31,285 bases of DNA from Geobacterales bacterium (GCA_041737975.1 JBGSQR010000500.1:1-31285); one strand, 5' to 3'. Counted from the stretch's first letter, positions 1 through 8,612 are shown. Notes: generated by a model from the sequence alone, not told the origin. A program made the numbers and translations.

Positions 1-487
1 GCGGTCCCAGCACATTCGCCTCCAGGCGATTGCCAAGACATTCCAACAGCCGGATGAATGCACCGATCAAGTCATCTGTCATCGGAGTTGCCGACATTCC
101 CAACGGCACCATTTCCGTAGGTGTAATGCCATCATCCATGGCCATCAGCAATTCACTTACCATTGCGGCATCCACACTTACGGACACACCCAGAAGAGGC
201 TCTTCAGCACTGGCAATAGTTTCACATTCAAAGGGGAGCGGAACGGAAAGCACCAGATAGTTATACGGATCGTAAGCGTAGACCTGATCACCCAGATAGC
301 CCTTTTTATGCCCCTGTGCAACCACGTAAATGCCCGGTTCATAAGAAACCGGCATCCTGGGGATAGATGCATTCGAACGAAAAAATCTGACGCTTTTCAA
401 TATGGACGGAGAAAACCAATTATTGTTAGCCAATGGTTCCAACAGCTGGACAAGCCGCTTTTTTGAATCTTCACTTTCCACAGTCAT
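1..487 (-). CDS. AraC family transcriptional regulator with AraC_N (YqhC-like) N-terminal domain, 3'-truncated by the window edge
   Basis: Not in the ORF track because it has no stop in the window. Manual translation from ATG at 487 (GGAG RBS) gives MTVESEDSKKRLVQLLEP...YEPGIYVVAQGHKKGYLGDQVYAYDPYNYLVLSVPLPFECE...LIGAFIRLLECL...VLGP, the typical AraC_N pattern. Confidence 0.85.
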   Translation of the reverse strand, partial: MTVESEDSKKRLVQLLEPLANNNWFSPSILKSVRFFRSNASIPRMPVSYEPGIYVVAQGHKKGYLGDQVYAYDPYNYLVLSVPLPFECETIASAEEPLLGVSVSVDAAMVSELLMAMDDGITPTEMVPLGMSATPMTDDLIGAFIRLLECLGNRLEANVLGP

Positions 488-699
488 TTTCAAATACTCC
501 CGGCCCCGCATTTGTCAACAATGATAATCTGGAAAGAAATATACATACTTTTCGAACACTTTACCAAATTTTCTACTGTCAGGAGAATTAGGCATTTATT
601 TTGGACGATCATGTATTGTTAGCTTTGAGTTACGGGTGTACAAAAAAATACTGGCCGGCTTTCGGATATGAAATTAACCACTGGAATATGGAGAATAAT

Positions 700-990
700 A
701 TGTCAAAATTAACTGTAATAGCAAAGATCGTGGCAAAAAAAGATTTTCTTGAAAATGTAAAAACTGAGCTGCTCAAAGTCATAGAACCGACCCGTCAGGA
801 GGAGGGTTGCATCGAGTACCTTCTACATCAGGACATGGCAACTCCTGAACTATTTGTCTTTTACGAAAAATGGAGCAGTGAAGGCTGCCTGGAAAAACAT
901 ATGAATACGGATCATTTCAAACAGCTGGTTGCAGCAATTGGCGATATCACAGAAGAGGTAAGCATTAACAGACTGACGCAATTGAATTAG
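700..990 (+). CDS. Putative quinol monooxygenase (ABM domain)
   Basis: GGAG RBS before ATG 700; MSKLTVIAKIVAK...TRQEEGCIEYLLHQD...FVFYEKWSS...LEKHMNTDHF is the ABM/YgiN pattern. Confidence 0.85.
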   Translation: MSKLTVIAKIVAKKDFLENVKTELLKVIEPTRQEEGCIEYLLHQDMATPELFVFYEKWSSEGCLEKHMNTDHFKQLVAAIGDITEEVSINRLTQLN

Positions 991-1047
991 GTTTGGAAGG
1001 CCGGGAGTATCTTAAAAAACATATTGAACCCAAAAAAGGAGACCCGT

Positions 1048-1629
1048 ATGGCTGCAAAAAAGATTCTTATGCTGGTTGGTGACTATGTGGAAGACTATGA
1101 AGTCATGGTGCCGTTTCAGGCATTACTGATGGTTGGACATACTGTACACGCCGTCTGTCCCAATAAGAAAGCCGGTGATTTTGTCCGCACCGCCATTCAC
1201 GATTTTGAGGGCGACCAGACTTACAGCGAGAAGCCGGGACATAATTTCACCCTCAATGCCAGCTTTGATGAAATCAAGGCCGAAGATTACGACGCCCTTG
1301 TTGTTCCGGGTGGACGTGCACCTGAATACATCCGTCTGAACAAAACAGTCCTGCAAATAGTACGTCACTTTGCCGATGCGGATAAGCCGATCGCTTCCAT
1401 CTGCCATGGCCCCCAGCTTCTGGTCTCAGCCGGCATTATCAAGGGCAGATCCTGCTCGGCCTATCCGGCGGTAGCACCCGATATCACCGACGCCTGCGGC
1501 ACTTACATGGATATTCCGCTGGACAAGGCCCATGTGGATGGCAAACTGGTCACAGCACCGGCATGGCCTGCACATCCTGATTGGTTAGCTAAATTTCTGC
1601 AGGTACTGGGCACCCGGATCGAACCTTAA
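1048..1629 (+). CDS. DJ-1/PfpI family protein (type 1 glutamine amidotransferase-like)
   Basis: AAGGAG RBS before ATG 1048; [22 protein letters not shown] and nucleophile-elbow SICHGP motifs. Confidence 0.92.
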   Translation: MAAKKILMLVGDYVEDYEVMVPFQALLMVGHTVHAVCPNKKAGDFVRTAIHDFEGDQTYSEKPGHNFTLNASFDEIKAEDYDALVVPGGRAPEYIRLNKTVLQIVRHFADADKPIASICHGPQLLVSAGIIKGRSCSAYPAVAPDITDACGTYMDIPLDKAHVDGKLVTAPAWPAHPDWLAKFLQVLGTRIEP

Positions 1630-1647
1630 CTTTACTTGTAACTGAAC

Positions 1648-1677
1648 GTGAAAGGCGGTCAAATGGCCGCCTTTCAC
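1648..1677 (+). terminator. Hairpin downstream of the pfpI-like gene, probable intrinsic terminator
   Basis: GTGAAAGGCGG...CCGCCTTTCAC, 11-bp perfect arms, 19 nt after the stop codon. Confidence 0.65.
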
Positions 1678-1722
1678 AAGCTGAATAGCTCTAAATATCA
1701 ACCCCATAATGCGAGGTGCCAT

Positions 1723-3132
1723 ATGCAGGGAATTCGAAGCATGGCAAGGGTGCTATTTCTTGTAATCGGATTGGAAGCCGTTGTTTTGGCCGGTGAAAGT
1801 CATGCCGAGGATTTCCTGATGCAGCTGCCTGCCTACCCGAAACTCACCTATCGCATCAGCACCACCAATCAACTGGTCAGACCCGAACCGTTCCAGATTC
1901 GTTTTGCACGGAAAGATTCGAGCCTGTTCTGCGGCAAGGTTGTTGAAGTCGGCATATACGCCTGCACACAAGATGACAACTTCGGCTACTTTCCAGCGCC
2001 AGGTGTGGCATATCCCAACTGCAGCCACTTCAAGTCACCGATCTCGGGAGGAGCGGCACTGTGCAGCTTCAATTACAACGATGACCTGGTAAGCCTGAAT
2101 CTGCTGTACACCAGCATGGAGAATTATATCCGCGACAGATTTACGCAGGCAACGGACATTATGTCCAACAATTATTATCTCAACCGCCGCACAAAGCTCC
2201 AGTACGAAATCGGACAAATTCCGTTCAGGGTCTTCCTACAGAAAAACGGTGGCGGGTATGACTGGAGGAATGTGGTATCCCCAAGCACCCAGATGACCTG
2301 TAACAACAAGGCGTGCTATATGCGGGTGGAAATGGCGTTGGATCCGATTGCGAATCTCCCTCCCACGATCGACTCAATATTGCTGTCTACCGATACACTT
2401 CCTGTCAATGGAGGAACGATCAAAGTAGTAATGATTGTGATTGATGATGTGGATGTTAAAAAGGTTGAAACAGTCTATAGTGTCGGGGCTCAGGCATATA
2501 ACCCTCAGCAGCTCCACCGGACCGGCACACTGGGCAAGACCGCCCGCGGTTATCAGATTTCCAAGTGGGAAGGGGAATACATAATACCCGCAAACACCGG
2601 ATATACAGCGCGTAAAATCAAGATCAACTTCAAGGTCTACGACGGAGAGGGAGGTGTGACGGATATTAGCGGGACAACTGCCAGGATTGTTCAACAAGCC
2701 GGTCTGATTGATACAGCCCCGCCCCAGATCCAGGGGATCACAGTTACGCCGCAGAACTTTCCGGCCAGTGGCGGCGGGATAACGGTCAACGTGCGCGCTT
2801 CGGACAACCAGGGTGTCGGTTCGGCCATGCTGACGCTGACAATGCCGGACGGCAGGACTTCGCCGATGCAGATGCCACTGGTCAGCGGAACCAATGCCAA
2901 TGGAGAGTGGCGCTCGTCATGGAATATGTGGACCAACACCGCTACGTCACCACTTAGCTACGGAATCAAGGTAACTGTGACCGATGTCGCCAAGAATACG
3001 ATCAGCAGCCAGACTATCCCGGTTACCGTGGCCGGTGCTGCGCCCCGCACCATCAAGCCATCGACAACCACACCCTCAACTATACAGTCAACCGTACCGA
3101 CCGGGCAGAAATATCCGCTGCCGGTCAAATGA
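1723..3132 (+). CDS. Secreted protein with Cys-rich N-terminal region and two C-terminal Ig-like repeats
   Basis: GAGGT RBS before ATG 1723; signal peptide ending ESHA; two related repeats (NLPPTIDSILLSTDTLPVNGGTIKVVMIVIDDVDV and DTAPPQIQGITVTPQNFPASGGGITVNVRASDNQGV); Thr/Pro-rich tail. Confidence 0.7.
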   Translation: MQGIRSMARVLFLVIGLEAVVLAGESHAEDFLMQLPAYPKLTYRISTTNQLVRPEPFQIRFARKDSSLFCGKVVEVGIYACTQDDNFGYFPAPGVAYPNCSHFKSPISGGAALCSFNYNDDLVSLNLLYTSMENYIRDRFTQATDIMSNNYYLNRRTKLQYEIGQIPFRVFLQKNGGGYDWRNVVSPSTQMTCNNKACYMRVEMALDPIANLPPTIDSILLSTDTLPVNGGTIKVVMIVIDDVDVKKVETVYSVGAQAYNPQQLHRTGTLGKTARGYQISKWEGEYIIPANTGYTARKIKINFKVYDGEGGVTDISGTTARIVQQAGLIDTAPPQIQGITVTPQNFPASGGGITVNVRASDNQGVGSAMLTLTMPDGRTSPMQMPLVSGTNANGEWRSSWNMWTNTATSPLSYGIKVTVTDVAKNTISSQTIPVTVAGAAPRTIKPSTTTPSTIQSTVPTGQKYPLPVK

Positions 3133-3303
3133 CCGGCGGGATCGATCTGTTGGTACAGCTTTCGGCCAATAGATGGCAACGACAGCACAAATGTTATCAA
3201 AATTTTGGAGATACTGGTTTCTCTGTTATTAGCTGATATACTTTCAAAGGTTATTAGGTCGCTATAGACATTTAAAACTGAAAATTGCATGAGGAGAAAC
3301 AGT

Positions 3304-3978
3304 ATGAAGATCCTGATGGTACTCACGTCTCACGACAAACTCGGCAACACCGGTGAGAAAACCGGTTTCTGGCTGGAAGAGTTTGCCGCCCCCTATTATG
3401 TATTCAAAGACGCCGGAGCAGAAATTACGCTGGCATCCCCTAAAGGCGGGCAACCGCCGCTAGACCCGAAAAGCGACCTTAAAGACTTTCAAACCGCAGC
3501 AACCGATCGTTTCAAAAACGACCAGGACGCACAGACCGCCCTGGCAAATACGGTCAAGCTGACAGAAATTACGGCAAACAGCTTCGATGCGGTTTTTTAT
3601 CCCGGTGGTCACGGTCCGTTATGGGACCTGGCAGAAGACAAGGCATCCATCGCCCTGATTGAAGCCATGTATGCCCAGGGCAAACCTGTTGCTGCCGTCT
3701 GTCACGCCCCTGGCGTATTGCGTCATACCAGGTCTGCAGCAGGAACTCCACTGGTATCGGGCAAGAGCGTCACCGGTTTCTCCAACACGGAAGAAGCTGC
3801 CGTTGGCCTAACCGATGTGGTGCCTTTTCTGGTGGAAGATGAAATGAAAAAAGCGGGGGGCAAATATACCAAAGGTAATGACTGGCAGGATTTTGTCGTA
3901 AATGACGGCAACCTGATCACCGGGCAGAATCCGGCATCATCCGAGTCAACGGCAAAGGCGCTGCTTGAGCAGCTTTAA
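3304..3978 (+). CDS. DJ-1/PfpI (ThiJ/Hsp31-like) type 1 glutamine amidotransferase domain protein
   Basis: GAGGAG RBS; KILMVLTSHDKLGNTGEKTGFWLEEFAAPYYVF, AVFYPGGHGPLWDL, AVCHAP, LITGQNPASS motifs. Confidence 0.92.
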   Translation: MKILMVLTSHDKLGNTGEKTGFWLEEFAAPYYVFKDAGAEITLASPKGGQPPLDPKSDLKDFQTAATDRFKNDQDAQTALANTVKLTEITANSFDAVFYPGGHGPLWDLAEDKASIALIEAMYAQGKPVAAVCHAPGVLRHTRSAAGTPLVSGKSVTGFSNTEEAAVGLTDVVPFLVEDEMKKAGGKYTKGNDWQDFVVNDGNLITGQNPASSESTAKALLEQL

Positions 3979-4001
3979 CCAGTAGAAAATTCAACCTCAA
4001 C

Positions 4002-4048
4002 AAACTATTAGTGCCCATCCGGAGATTCCTGATGGGCACTAATAGTTT
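4002..4048. terminator. Bidirectional terminator between convergent genes; bounds the tail of the cassette array
   Basis: 18-bp perfect inverted repeat AAACTATTAGTGCCCATC / GATGGGCACTAATAGTTT. Confidence 0.8.
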
Positions 4049-4116
4049 CATTCCAAATAAATTTAATACAACAGCGTGATCAACTATCGTGCAGCCAGGC
4101 TCATAAGCTTGATATT

Positions 4117-4473
4117 TTAATTATTTATCCATTCAATCGCTTCAGCTCGATCCCTGAAGATCTTCATAGTGGGCGAGACATGTTCCATGGAAGCATATAC
4201 TGAATACATTCGCAAAATACCAAACTCCACATCTGCTGAACAGACATATGCAGTTTTTTTGTGTATGGCACACTTTTTTACCATTTGTGCGATACGAGTC
4301 ATGTCATTAGCACTGAGACTTAAATTGCTTCCGTCTTTATAATTCCACAGCACACCTTTAGAGAAATTGCAGTAATGACTATTTATAATAGCAAGTACCT
4401 CGTCAAGAGAACTCTGACCATCCAACACAAACTCGACTATAGAACCTGGCTCAATAATATTAGTTTTAATCAC
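4117..4473 (-). CDS. Small STAS/SEC14 (SpoIIAA-like) hypothetical protein, probable terminal cassette
   Basis: Likely GTG start at 4473 after GTTAGAC core and AAGGA RBS; TAYVCSADVEFGILRMY...IFRDRAEAIEWIN resembles the SpoIIAA-like pattern. Confidence 0.6.
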   Translation of the reverse strand: MIKTNIIEPGSIVEFVLDGQSSLDEVLAIINSHYCNFSKGVLWNYKDGSNLSLSANDMTRIAQMVKKCAIHKKTAYVCSADVEFGILRMYSVYASMEHVSPTMKIFRDRAEAIEWINN

Positions 4474-4493
4474 TAATGATTTCCTTCTCTTTT

Positions 4494-4569
4494 GTCTAAC
4501 GGCCATGAAGTTGACCCACCGGTTTTTGGACGGGTCGTAACAGATTCATCTCCGGATCGTCGATTAGCC
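4494..4569 (-). repeat. Degenerate attC-like site
   Basis: Minus strand GGCTAAT...ATGAA-tct-GTT-ac-GACCC...GGGTC-AAC-TTCAT...GTTAGAC; R' and inner stem present, R'' has AAT instead of AAC. Confidence 0.55.
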
Positions 4570-4582
4570 CCAGATCGAATTC

Positions 4583-5785
4583 CTACTGCTCAGTCGCCTT
4601 CGACTTAAATATGCCGATTTGCTGACCCTGCGGAATGGTAATGGAGTCGATACCCTGCTCTATTAAGGTGATAACCATGGAACCACCATAGGCAAAGTGA
4701 CCGAGCATATCTCCCTTATTGATTGGGACTACTCTGGGCGCGGCTACGTTTCTGAATGCATCCTCAAACATCACCGAACCGATTGTGTCCAGTCCAACGG
4801 GAATCATTGCAATATACCCGTACTCCTTGGTTTTTATTACAACATAGCCGCGCCGGAAGTGTTCAAACACGCTGTAGCTCTGACCGTATCCGATATTCCC
4901 TTTGTTCACAAAGGCGGGAAAGTCGGGAATTCCCGAGTACTGTCCGGCAACATCATCGTGGGATTCCACGACAGTGCCCGAAGCGACGAAATGATAATTA
5001 TGGTAGGTATTCGGTAACAGAATGCAGGAAATTGCGGTCCCATTTTTAAATTTTTCCGCATAGTTCGAGCCGTTCAGCAGTTCCCTGATATTCAGCTTTT
5101 GATTCAACTTCGTAGAAACCCTGGTATCCGGCGTCAAAGGCTGAATCATATTCAGCACGCAATCTGTAGGCGCCACCAGGACCGAGTCATCCGTGGGGCT
5201 TGCGATTGTTCTCTTGCCAGGCTTCAATTTACGGGTGAAGAATTCGTTGAAAGACCGGAATCCGCTGGTAGGAATGATATAATCATCAATGTGATTGGTC
5301 GGGTCGGCCATCCACTGGGAAATGGTACCCGTCGACAGTGTGCTGTCCATGAATTTTCCGCGTGACACTACGAAATCCTTGGTCCAGCCCAAACCTGGCT
5401 CTTTCCCTACGATCTGTTGGCCATATTCGTTATCGTAATAGAACCCGCCAAACATGGTAATGAAGTTGAATTCGTCGACCTTCTGACCGGGAGGGAACAG
5501 CGAGGGAGGGGGATTCTTGCCGTTGACCGGCAGCAAAGCATACCAGTCATTAAAAAAAGAACAGAAGTCCTTGAACGTTCTGCCTTTCCAGGGATTTTGC
5601 GCGCCGTTATACGGAGACTTGATATTTGCAAGCGCCTTATCCATTGTCTTTTTAAATTCAGGATTGGTGCTGTACAGTTTTTTCAAATCCACCACCGGGG
5701 GAGCGTCCGGCTCCGCCGAAGACCAGTTAGCCGAAAACATGAGACATCCAAAAATGCAGAAGGCAGCGATTTGAATCATTTTCAT
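4583..5785 (-). CDS. Exported phosphatidylserine-decarboxylase-family (pyruvoyl) enzyme
   Basis: GGAG RBS before ATG 5785; signal peptide ending WSSA; FFTRKLKPGKRTIASP, APTDC, LLPNTYHNYH, and GHFAYGGSM self-cleavage motif. Confidence 0.8.
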   Translation of the reverse strand: MKMIQIAAFCIFGCLMFSANWSSAEPDAPPVVDLKKLYSTNPEFKKTMDKALANIKSPYNGAQNPWKGRTFKDFCSFFNDWYALLPVNGKNPPPSLFPPGQKVDEFNFITMFGGFYYDNEYGQQIVGKEPGLGWTKDFVVSRGKFMDSTLSTGTISQWMADPTNHIDDYIIPTSGFRSFNEFFTRKLKPGKRTIASPTDDSVLVAPTDCVLNMIQPLTPDTRVSTKLNQKLNIRELLNGSNYAEKFKNGTAISCILLPNTYHNYHFVASGTVVESHDDVAGQYSGIPDFPAFVNKGNIGYGQSYSVFEHFRRGYVVIKTKEYGYIAMIPVGLDTIGSVMFEDAFRNVAAPRVVPINKGDMLGHFAYGGSMVITLIEQGIDSITIPQGQQIGIFKSKATEQ

Positions 5786-5799
5786 TGTCGTCTCCAAGG

Positions 5800-5806
5800 G
5801 TTAGAT
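5800..5806 (-). other. Isolated attC R'' box (rest of attC missing)
   Basis: ATCTAAC immediately follows the TAA of the 5807-6163 gene, then runs straight into the RBS of the next gene with no palindrome or GTT core. Confidence 0.45.
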
Positions 5807-6163
5807 TTATTTCAGTGCATTGAGATGTAGTCTCTTCCTGGCCTCTCTGAAAAACAACGGTTTTAGAACTTTATAAAGCCCGACTTGTCCAATGTGCTCC
5901 AGAAAGCAAGTAGTGATAGCATTTTCTGGATTTTCACCAGCATTAACTGCCGAATTAATAAGAATTGCAAGTCCTTCAATCTGCTGGTTGCTGAATTGGT
6001 AAATCTTTCCGGATAAGTATGGCAGAATGGTCATGTAGACTGCGGAAAGATTAAATATCCCATCTTCCTTGATATATGAGTTTTCATCGTCCCATTCCTC
6101 CCTGAATCCAGGAGACAGCACAATAAGTTCATCTAAAATTTTATTGGGTGTTTGGTAATTCAT
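5807..6163 (-). CDS. Cassette-encoded small acidic hypothetical protein (CFLE motif)
   Basis: ATG 7 nt after the GTTAAGC core; 118 aa; NAITTCFLEHI motif. Confidence 0.8.
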   Translation of the reverse strand: MNYQTPNKILDELIVLSPGFREEWDDENSYIKEDGIFNLSAVYMTILPYLSGKIYQFSNQQIEGLAILINSAVNAGENPENAITTCFLEHIGQVGLYKVLKPLFFREARKRLHLNALK

Positions 6164-6170
6164 ATTTATT

Positions 6171-6228
6171 GCTTAACGGGGTGTTCGGTTGACCGGCCAT
6201 CAGGCCGCGTCTAACCGGCTGGTTATAC
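6171..6228 (-). repeat. attC site (58 bp)
   Basis: Minus strand GTATAAC-cagccg-GTTAGAC...GGTCAAC-cgaacacccc-GTTAAGC; R and L boxes visible. Confidence 0.9.
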
Positions 6229-6383
6229 TTTGGGGGCTGATATGTTTATCAAAAGTTTTATTTTCGGTGCGCCTATTGTTGTATTAATTTTGGCGATTAC
6301 TGGACTGTTTGTACATGATTATGTGCTTTCGATTATATCTGGGGTTGCTTTAATTTTACTCATGCCATTGTTGAAAGCGTATC

Positions 6384-6932
6384 CTAATTGGTGCGAGCGT
6401 CCACATGATGAAAGTGATTATGATTAGGGTCATAACGCCATGTTTCATTAACTTCAAACTCTTCTTTTGTAATGCCTTGGTACTTTATGTTTACTGTTAC
6501 ATCTAGGATGGTTTTACCACTAATAATGTTTTCATAGTCTGCGCCTGTTTTTAGCCTTATGCTGTGTGCAACTTGTGGAAAAAGGTTCGAGTTGCTGTCA
6601 TAAACATCCTCATTGGAGCGATGGGCCTTGTGGCCATCGAATAGCATATCGTACTTTATACGCACATTACTGGCAGGCACTGTGCCAAAGTTTTTATAGT
6701 TCACATAAAACAACAGGTGTTTATTATCGTCTTTATTTATTTTAAATGATTCTATGCCGACATATGGCCTATTCGCTGACTTGTAAATGTTTTTGGTTAT
6801 TTCAGTGTATTCACTTGTTTTTACGCCTACATAAATAGCCGCTCCAACATTAATTACAGTCGCAGCAGCGATCACAATGGTGGCAAGTGTAATCGGGTCT
6901 TTCCATGTTTTTTGTGAGTTTTTATTTGTCAT
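6384..6932 (-). CDS. Cassette-encoded membrane-anchored hypothetical protein
   Basis: ATG 11 nt after GTTATAC core; N-terminal hydrophobic segment ITLATIVIAAATVINVGAAIYVGV; 182 aa. Confidence 0.8.
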   Translation of the reverse strand: MTNKNSQKTWKDPITLATIVIAAATVINVGAAIYVGVKTSEYTEITKNIYKSANRPYVGIESFKINKDDNKHLLFYVNYKNFGTVPASNVRIKYDMLFDGHKAHRSNEDVYDSNSNLFPQVAHSIRLKTGADYENIISGKTILDVTVNIKYQGITKEEFEVNETWRYDPNHNHFHHVDARTN

Positions 6933-6943
6933 TTTTTTAGTCC

Positions 6944-7018
6944 GTATAACGGGGTGCCCGGTTCACCCGCATCGCCCGGTTTCTCAGGGCGGGGCGGCGT
7001 GCAACCGGCTGGTTGGAT
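6944..7018 (-). repeat. attC site (75 bp)
   Basis: Minus strand ATCCAAC...GTTATAC; interior differs from 7634-7708 at only 2 of 61 positions. Confidence 0.92.
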
Positions 7019-7024
7019 GTTTTT

Positions 7025-7621
7025 TCACTGTCCTGTAAATTTCCACCGAAAATTTTTCATTTCAATTTCTTTTTGTATGCCGTCAATTTCAAGGTATTTC
7101 TTCTTATCTTTATGGATCATTGGGGTCCACTTTGAATTGTAGTAAAGAGCTACGCTTTTTCCTGGCCCAACTTTCGCGTCATATTGACCATCAAGGTTGC
7201 TATCAATGAATGAAACACCCGATACTATATTGTTTGAATAATTGTACGACTCAAATTCTCCGGTTGATTCGTTGTAGTTCACACTGATGGCTCTATTCTT
7301 TGCATCAACAATGCTAAAGGATGGGCCATCAAAAAAATCTGTATTATTTGTGATATTTATTTGCGGAAAACGACGCTTGGATGGATACATGATTGCTTCT
7401 GTTTTTGAAGAATTACCTGGCACGAAAACAGTAAATGCTCCAAGCTTACCTGTTTTTGCTTCAGTTACCCAGGGAGCTATCATCTTCATGGCTTTTTTAT
7501 TGTCATCATCTGGCCACTTAGCCGTAATGTCTTGTGGCCTAAATTTAAAATAGCCAATAGCAGAAAGAACAACCACTCCCGCTAAGAAACCTAATCCAAA
7601 TGACTTCCAATTCATTTTCAT
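7025..7621 (-). CDS. Cassette-encoded membrane-anchored or exported hypothetical protein
   Basis: Start corrected to ATG 7621 (GGAG RBS, after GTTGGAT core); the longer track ORF reads through the attC; N-terminal FGLGFLAGVVVLSAIGYF. Confidence 0.8.
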   Translation of the reverse strand: MKMNWKSFGLGFLAGVVVLSAIGYFKFRPQDITAKWPDDDNKKAMKMIAPWVTEAKTGKLGAFTVFVPGNSSKTEAIMYPSKRRFPQINITNNTDFFDGPSFSIVDAKNRAISVNYNESTGEFESYNYSNNIVSGVSFIDSNLDGQYDAKVGPGKSVALYYNSKWTPMIHKDKKKYLEIDGIQKEIEMKNFRWKFTGQ

Positions 7622-7633
7622 TCTCCGTGTGCC

Positions 7634-7708
7634 ATCCAACGGGGTGTCCGGTTCACCCGCATCGCCCGGTTTCTCAGGGCGGGGCGGTGTGCAACCGGCT
7701 GGTTGTGC
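7634..7708 (-). repeat. attC site (75 bp)
   Basis: Minus strand GCACAAC...GTTGGAT; near-identical to 6944-7018. Confidence 0.92.
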
Positions 7709-7719
7709 GGTTAGCCTTG

Positions 7720-8070
7720 TCAGAGCCCAAGGACTGCTAGGCAATCTTCTCTCTCCAGTTGTCTCCGAATCCAAACGGTCAATTCGTCAATTAGCTTTTT
7801 TGTATCTTTCTGTTTTGAATCAAAATTCTGTAAGGTGAGATCATTAAGAATCATATTCCATTGTTCCTTTGATATGTCAGTGAATGCGTAGTGATCATAA
7901 TCTGGCACGTGGCGTTCAAATGCAGGCTCAATTAAGCTAAAAACCTCTTCGTCAAAGAAAATTGAGCCGTCTTGCCAGCAAGAACCTTTGTACTTGCCTG
8001 GCATTATTTCGAAATAGCAAGTGCCTTTTAGCTCATTTTTCTCAGTGATGATTTTAATTGGTATTTGCAT
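7720..8070 (-). CDS. Cassette-encoded small acidic hypothetical protein
   Basis: GTTGTGC-AGGAG-AAAAG-ATG; 116 aa, soluble. Confidence 0.82.
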   Translation of the reverse strand: MQIPIKIITEKNELKGTCYFEIMPGKYKGSCWQDGSIFFDEEVFSLIEPAFERHVPDYDHYAFTDISKEQWNMILNDLTLQNFDSKQKDTKKLIDELTVWIRRQLEREDCLAVLGL

Positions 8071-8080
8071 CTTTTCTCCT

Positions 8081-8150
8081 GCACAACGGTGTCGAGGCTC
8101 AGCGGCGGCGCGGCTTTATCGGGCGGCCTGCGTCCAGCCGAGAGTTGGGA
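8081..8150 (-). repeat. attC site (70 bp)
   Basis: Minus strand TCCCAAC...GTTGTGC, GC-rich palindromic interior with GGCT/AGCC inner arms. Confidence 0.85.
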
Positions 8151-8178
8151 CTTCGCGTTTTTTTCTACTTTTCTCTAT

Positions 8179-8262
8179 TCAAGGGCTGACCCCGTTGGTT
8201 CTTCCACCGAAGAGGATGAAAGCGTTTTTACGAGCTTTTGGATCAGCCTTGAGAATTGTCAT
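8179..8262 (-). pseudogene. Probable truncated cassette ORF (27 aa, MTILKADPKARKNAFILF...)
   Basis: Only reasonable ORF in a ~130 bp cassette between two att cores; stops just as a hydrophobic segment begins. Confidence 0.45.
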
Positions 8263-8276
8263 TTTTCATCTCTTGT

Positions 8277-8297
8277 GTCCAACGGACTTGGTTAGTA
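8277..8297 (-). repeat. Internally deleted mini-attC (21 bp)
   Basis: Minus strand TACTAAC-caagtcc-GTTGGAC located exactly where an attC is expected; no L boxes. Confidence 0.65.
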
Positions 8298-8318
8298 TTT
8301 GACTCTCGCAGGCAATTC

Positions 8319-8594
8319 TCATTTCACTTTGCTGCTTTTTAAGATCAACAACGCTACACGGAGTAATACGATTCCAATCCCGGAAAATGCCACTCCTATG
8401 ATGACGGCGACAAGCCCTTTACCGATGCTAATTTCTCCTGCTTTTGTCCTGAAAGCAATATTCTGATCAATGATGCCATCATTGACGCCATAATAGATAA
8501 CTCCCAAAGCCACCAAGAAAACAAGAAAGGCAACTATCCCTCCCATCCACGAGGGCAGCACAAGATCATCACGATGGTCAGATTGTAGATTCAT
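8319..8594 (-). CDS. Cassette-encoded two-TM small membrane protein
   Basis: ATG after GTTGTAC core and AAGGA RBS; two hydrophobic segments. Confidence 0.78.
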   Translation of the reverse strand: MNLQSDHRDDLVLPSWMGGIVAFLVFLVALGVIYYGVNDGIIDQNIAFRTKAGEISIGKGLVAVIIGVAFSGIGIVLLRVALLILKSSKVK

Positions 8595-8612
8595 TCTGGT
8601 TCCTTATATGTC

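Noticed and set aside
7622-7774. N-terminal extensions in the ORF track (7774, 10683, 4506, 5797, 20275, 601, 1648 starts)
   Set aside because: They read through attC, attI, operators or terminators; downstream starts have proper RBSs.
8183-8202. CCAACGGGGTC inside the remnant cassette resembling an attC end
   Set aside because: On the opposite strand to the matching ends of the real sites and with no partner arm; probably chance.
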